From the NCBI RefSeq assembly GCF_006345805.1, contig NW_021835894.1, positions 1 through 37,504 on the forward strand: DNA of 37,504 nt. The letters run 5' to 3'. A model generated the notes under the pieces. That model searched no databases. It saw nothing but the letters and a program-made list of their open reading frames with translations, and was not told where the DNA came from. Of the stretch, positions 32,660 to 37,504 are shown piece after piece. The stretch's first letter is position 1, and the number at the start of each line of letters is the position of its first letter. A program made the translations under genes and the position numbers. This DNA is from Octopus sinensis (taxonomy: Eukaryota).

Positions 32660-33075
32660 CTCACACACAGACACACACACACACGCATACCAGACACAAA
32701 GACACACACAAACAGACACACACACATAGGTACACACACAAATATATGGTAATGTGTTTCTAACGTATATTTGTATGCATATCTGTAAGTAGATGTATAT
32801 ATGTGTGTGTATATATAAGCAGATAAGGAGACAGACACACAGTAATGTCCTTACGTAGAAAAACACTTATAGATATATGTGTGTGTGTGTATCCATATAT
32901 ATATATATTCGTATTTATGTGTTTATATATGTATATATTTATATGCATATACATATGTATTTGTGCATATATATATGTATATTTATATACATACATATAT
33001 ATATATATATTATATATATATATATATGCAAACACACACATGCATACATACATACATATATGCATACATACAAAG

Positions 33076-33124
<49 letters not shown>

Positions 33125-33390
33125 TAAGCCTCCAATATCCAAATGCACATATGTTAGTTCGGTGTTTATGTGGCAGACAGACAATTAGCGGAAATATTCT
33201 GTAATCTATTTATCAACAAAAATGTGTTGAAGAGACAGAAACTTCCATGTGTATGCACATGTGTATATGTGCGTGTGCGTATATATTAGTGTGTGAGTGC
33301 GTCCGTATTTGTGTGCGTGTGTATACGTATATGTATATGTCAGTATGTATGTGAATACGTGTGTGTTTCTCTGTCTGTGTTTGTTTGTGC
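32660..33390. repeat. Degenerate (CA)/(TA)/(TG) low-complexity region
   Basis: Read directly from the sequence. Confidence 0.85.
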
Positions 33391-33869
33391 GAGAACATTA
33401 AACTTTAATATTTAAAAATTTGGTAAAGCACGTTTCTCCCACTTCCGTTTCCATTTCGATTGGAATAATGTACTTTGTTAAGCACTTTAGTCTTTAGAAT
33501 TCCAGCCACAACATGAGGAATTGGTGCAAACAGAAGTCACGTTGAAATACAATGGTGTTATGTAATCTGTGAACCAAAATGGGTCGGAAGCGTCAGGTTG
33601 TGGGGAAGAAAAGTTCGTTCAGATACCCCTAAACCATCCCCTCACCGTGTTGCTGGGTTCGATCAGACTGGGCGGTCATCTCGGGCAAGTGTCTTCCATA
33701 GTAGCTGCGGGGCTTAAAGTGTTTTTTGCGGGGGGAAAAGGTAGATGGTAGATGTGCGAGATTAAGACAAAAGGCACATACACACACACATACACACATC
33801 TGCACACATACTCACACACATATACATACATACAAATATCTGTGAAGGAGTGCGCGCATACCTGTCCAT

Positions 33870-33878
33870 ATTTAGATG

Positions 33879-33972
<94 letters not shown>

Positions 33973-33997
33973 ATTTATATGTATATGTGTATATATA
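33870..33997. repeat. (TA)n microsatellite
   Basis: Read directly from the sequence. Confidence 0.95.
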
Positions 33998-34770
33998 TCT
34001 CTCTTATTATAAAAGGCAGATTTTATCTCCCTCCCTTTGTCAGTTATAGAAATCTACAATATAGGATTTCTTCAATTACAATTTACCTAGCATTTTTAAG
34101 AGTAGAATGCATCGGGTTTTGCCAGGTCCAGTTTTTAAAATTTAAACTCCAATTAAGCAAAATTTACAGAAAACTCACATTCTGGTGTGTATGTCAAATG
34201 CTTTTCTTAGTCTGGTTTACAGCACACGCAAACGCACACACACAGTGTGCAACGAATAAAGTGAAACTAGATGTAATATTTGTTTCTGTCTATCACGCTG
34301 ATAGATACATGAGTAAAATGTATGGCAAGCTAACAGATAAGAGTCAGTGAAAATGTTCTTGGAAGAGGGTAAATAGCGACAGAGTGATTTGAGGAAGACT
34401 AAACTGAAAGTATGAAACAGTGTTTATGTATAAACAGACGACACTTATATAAACCCTTTCGTTACCAAACCGCCCGAATTTACCTATTCATATTTAAATG
34501 AGAATATCAGAGTAAATCTCTTTAGTACATTCGTGAAAACACGTATTATACTTCGTAAACACTTCAAATACAGTTTTGTACAAAAATCGAAGTGTAATTT
34601 TAATTCCGTGAATTATGGGAGATTTTTTTCCGAAATTTGTTCCTATTGTGTTTTCAAAATTTGTAATTCTGACAAAAAATGGATACGAATTTCATTATAT
34701 CAAGCAGCGAGTCAGAATTCGAAGGATTTTCTACTGAAGACCTTCATAAATCTAACTCTATGACTGAAAA
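33998..34770 (+). mobile_element. Possible Helitron-like element lacking its own 3' end
   Basis: It starts A|TCTCTCTTATTATAAAAGGCAG, like the other Helitron 5' ends in the window, and runs into an A-tract and then the next Helitron. No CTAG terminus of its own. Confidence 0.35.
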
Positions 34771-34779
34771 AAAAAAGCA

Positions 34780-35175
34780 TCTTTATATAAGAGTGAAGTT
34801 GTGTGTCTGTCTCCTACGATTTAGATTCGTAACTACTCCACATTTTGCGGTGCAATTTTAACCAAAAGCGGGTATCTTATAGTCGTGATTCATATCGAGC
34901 CCTTCTGGGTATTAGCGCGCGTCTACGATGAGTCTACGATTTAAAAAAAATTTACCATCATATTTTTCCATTTTAATGCATTTTTTTTGCTTTTATATAA
35001 GGGAAGTAACTCTCTAAAAATATCTACGATGTGTCAACGATTTTTAAAAAAAATTTACCTTAATTTTTTTTCAATTTTTAATGCATTTTTTTGCTATTTT
35101 TTGGCTATAACTCTCTAAAAATGCTTATGTAGTTATTTCCCTTACAACCCGAGCAACGCCAGGCGATACTGCTAG
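34780..35175 (+). mobile_element. Non-autonomous Helitron, complete ends
   Basis: 5' end A|TCTTTATATAAGAGTGAAGTTGTGTGTCTGTCT. The 3' end has a hairpin-like CCCGAGCAACGCCAGG (35148-35163), then CTAG|T (35172-35175). A|T target, no TSD. Confidence 0.75.
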
Positions 35176-35504
35176 TATATATATATATATATACATATAA
35201 AAGGAATGACCACTAGGTGGATACCTAATTTGCTAAAGGTAGAGCCCATATGGTCTGACCGCTAAGAAAAATTGTTCTCAAGAAAATTCGGCAAACGCCA
35301 GAACGTAAAACGATCAAGACAAATGAAACGATACACAATGTAGTGATTAGTGACATACCTAGATTTCATTGTTACCATTTACATTGCGTAGATGTCTGCA
35401 AATCCTCAGTGTGACTGTCATGGAAAATATAAATCGCAGAACTATATATATACACACATATATATAATGTATATTTATGTTATGGTTACACGCACACACA
35501 CATA

Positions 35505-35528
35505 TGTAGTAGTAGTAGTAGTAGTAGT

Positions 35529-35564
<36 letters not shown>
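35505..35564. repeat. (AGT)n microsatellite
   Basis: Read directly from the sequence. Confidence 0.95.
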
Positions 35565-35565
<1 letters not shown>

Positions 35566-35701
35566 CGTGCGCCAATATTTCTTTGGCCCATATCGATTAG
35601 TACTAAAGCGCAATAGAAATTAAATGATTCTCCAGTAAGAGCTGAAAGGTGCAAAAGCATAAAAGAAAGTGTGTGTGTGTGTGGTGTGTGTGTGTGGTGT
35701 A

Positions 35702-35733
<32 letters not shown>

Positions 35734-36729
35734 TGTGTGCCTGCCTGCCTTTCGTCGCTAAATATTGACGAAGAACTTGAAAGATTGTTGAGAAACTCAA
35801 AAACGCAGTACTTTCTGAAAGAAGTCCTCTACGCTGTTTGTTCTGCAGACAGTTTCAGATACTCCCTTGTCATTCCCACCTGCCCAACATACATACGCTG
35901 AAACCAGTAATTATCGCGGGATAATGTTGTAATAAAACCCACCGACATTATTGTACACCAATCTATGATATAAAAACGAAAGAAAAAATTTTTGAAAACA
36001 AAACGAAGAAAGAACTTCAGTTCTGCTTCTTGAAATGGTAAAGGAGGGTGGAATGATTAAAATATGTTTATCGACTGGAGTGGTTGCAGCAAACACTGTT
36101 TGAACCGTCTGGAACGTCTGGAAGGTCATCTTTGGAATGTATTATGGATTGATTTACATTGAGCAGATGGATCACAAGTGTTGCTATTTTCGAAGTTCTA
36201 TTTTTGGTAAATATTCTAAAGCAGTTTATACATACAGAAAGCAGAGCAACGTTAAATGAATTTAAATGCAGAATTTCATCTCTGAGAGAACAGCATCGGA
36301 CAGCAGGGTTGGTATTTCGCTATCGACGTCGTCGTTGCTGATGTTGCTGCTGCTGCTGCTGCTGCTGTGCTGCTGTTGTTGGGTGGATTGTTAAAGCATC
36401 GAACGCATTCCTTTAGACATTTCTTCTGATTCTTAACACCCCGAGTTCAAATTCTTCTGAAGTCCACTACTTTTGTTTCTGCTACACCTGACATAAACGG
36501 GAAAATTCACTAAGAAAAAAATATAGCATGTGTGTGTGTGTGTGTGTGTGTCTTATGTGTGTGTGTGTTTGTTATATGAGTGTGTGTTGTATGTGTGTGG
36601 TGTGTGTGCGTAAACGCAGGTGTTGTGTGTGTGTGTGTGTTTTGTGCTTATCTCTGTCTGTGTGTCCATGTATACGTCTACTTGTATGTGTTTTGTAATA
36701 TATTTATTATGATTATAAACAATAATGAG

Positions 36730-37430
36730 GGCGGCAAGCTGGCAGAATCGTTGGCACGCCGGGCGAGATGCGTAGCCGTATTTCGCCTGCCGCTACGTTC
36801 TGAGTTCAAATTCCGCCGAGGTCGACTTTGCCTTTCATCCTTTCGGGGTCGATTAAATAAGTACCAGTTACGCACTGGGGTCGATGTAAACGACTTTTTC
36901 CCTTCCTCCAAAATATGAGACCATGTGCTTCCAGTAGAGTGGCGGTGAGCCGGCAGAATCGTAAGCACGACGGGCAAAATACTTGTCCGTCTTTATGTTC
37001 TGAGTTCAAATTCCGCCGGGGTCGACTTTGCCTTTCATCCTTTCGTAGTTGATAAAATAAGTATCAGCTGGGGACTGGAGATGATGTAATCGATTCGCCC
37101 CCTCCCCGTGACAAAATTTGAAACCGGTATAAATGTAGGTCTAAGGCGGTAAACTGGCACAATCGTTAGCACGCCGGACAAAATGCTTAGTGGCATTTCG
37201 TCCGTCTTTGCGTTCTGAGTTCAACTTCCGTTGAGGTTGACTTTGCCTTTCCTCTTTTCAGAGTCAATAAAAAAAGTACCAAACAAGCACTGAGTTCAAA
37301 TTCTGCCGAGGTCGATTTTTACCTTTCGTCCATATGGGGTCGATAAAGTAAGTACCGGTTGAGTACTGGGGCCGATGTAATCGACTTACTTCCTTCCCGA
37401 AATTGTTAGCCCTGTGTCAAAAATTGAATT
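36730..37430 (+). mobile_element. Head-to-tail cluster of four OR-type tRNA-derived SINE copies (starts 36730, 36941, 37145; partial at 37290)
   Basis: The first three have GGCGG..AGCTGGCAGAATCG-type heads (A-box-like). All four carry CTGAGTTCAA(A/C)TT(C/T) (B box) followed by GTCGACTTTGCCTTTCATCC-like sequence. Confidence 0.88.
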
Positions 37431-37504
37431 CCTTGATATACAACAAGAAACATAGTTACCGTTCATCTTTCGGAGATCATAAATCAAAGACTTATTGGAA
37501 ATAT

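Noticed and set aside
35740-36340. Protein-like short frames (e.g. SLNIDEELERLLRNSK...) as host exons
   Set aside because: The frames start in microsatellites or close quickly, and there is no consistent splice-site pair or recognisable homolog.

Overview
This is AT-rich, repeat-saturated eukaryotic genomic DNA. It is almost certainly octopus (inference from recognisable Octopus-type tRNA-derived SINEs and the extreme microsatellite load). I can support no host protein-coding gene. Nearly all ORFs in the supplied track are translations of (TA)n/(CA)n/(CATA)n microsatellites. The window is a transposon graveyard. It holds a large Penelope-like retroelement (RT + GIY-YIG, ~1220-3700, frameshifted), an R4/Dong-type restriction-like-endonuclease LINE tail, an internally deleted RTE LINE, four Tc1/mariner relics (mariner, maT/DD37D-like, two rosa/DD41D-like), a hAT MITE with 8-bp TSD, several non-autonomous Helitrons and many SINEs. 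The most interesting signal is not in the ORF track: a set of short (TA)n-embedded elements carrying hammerhead ribozyme (HHR) motifs. One is a fully canonical type I HHR on the minus strand (25457-25529). Two outward-facing HHR-like variants sit at the centre of a 425-bp foldback (24412-24836), and there are four degenerate or variant minimal HHR cores (5786, 6446, 19681, 31582). There are also three further long foldbacks abutting (TA)n. Together these suggest a (TA)n-targeting, HHR-bearing Penelope/retrozyme-like system that leaves head-to-head inverted tails (inference). All analysis was by eye; no searches or folding programs were run. The 1.2-6.3 kb region may contain assembly or consensus errors.
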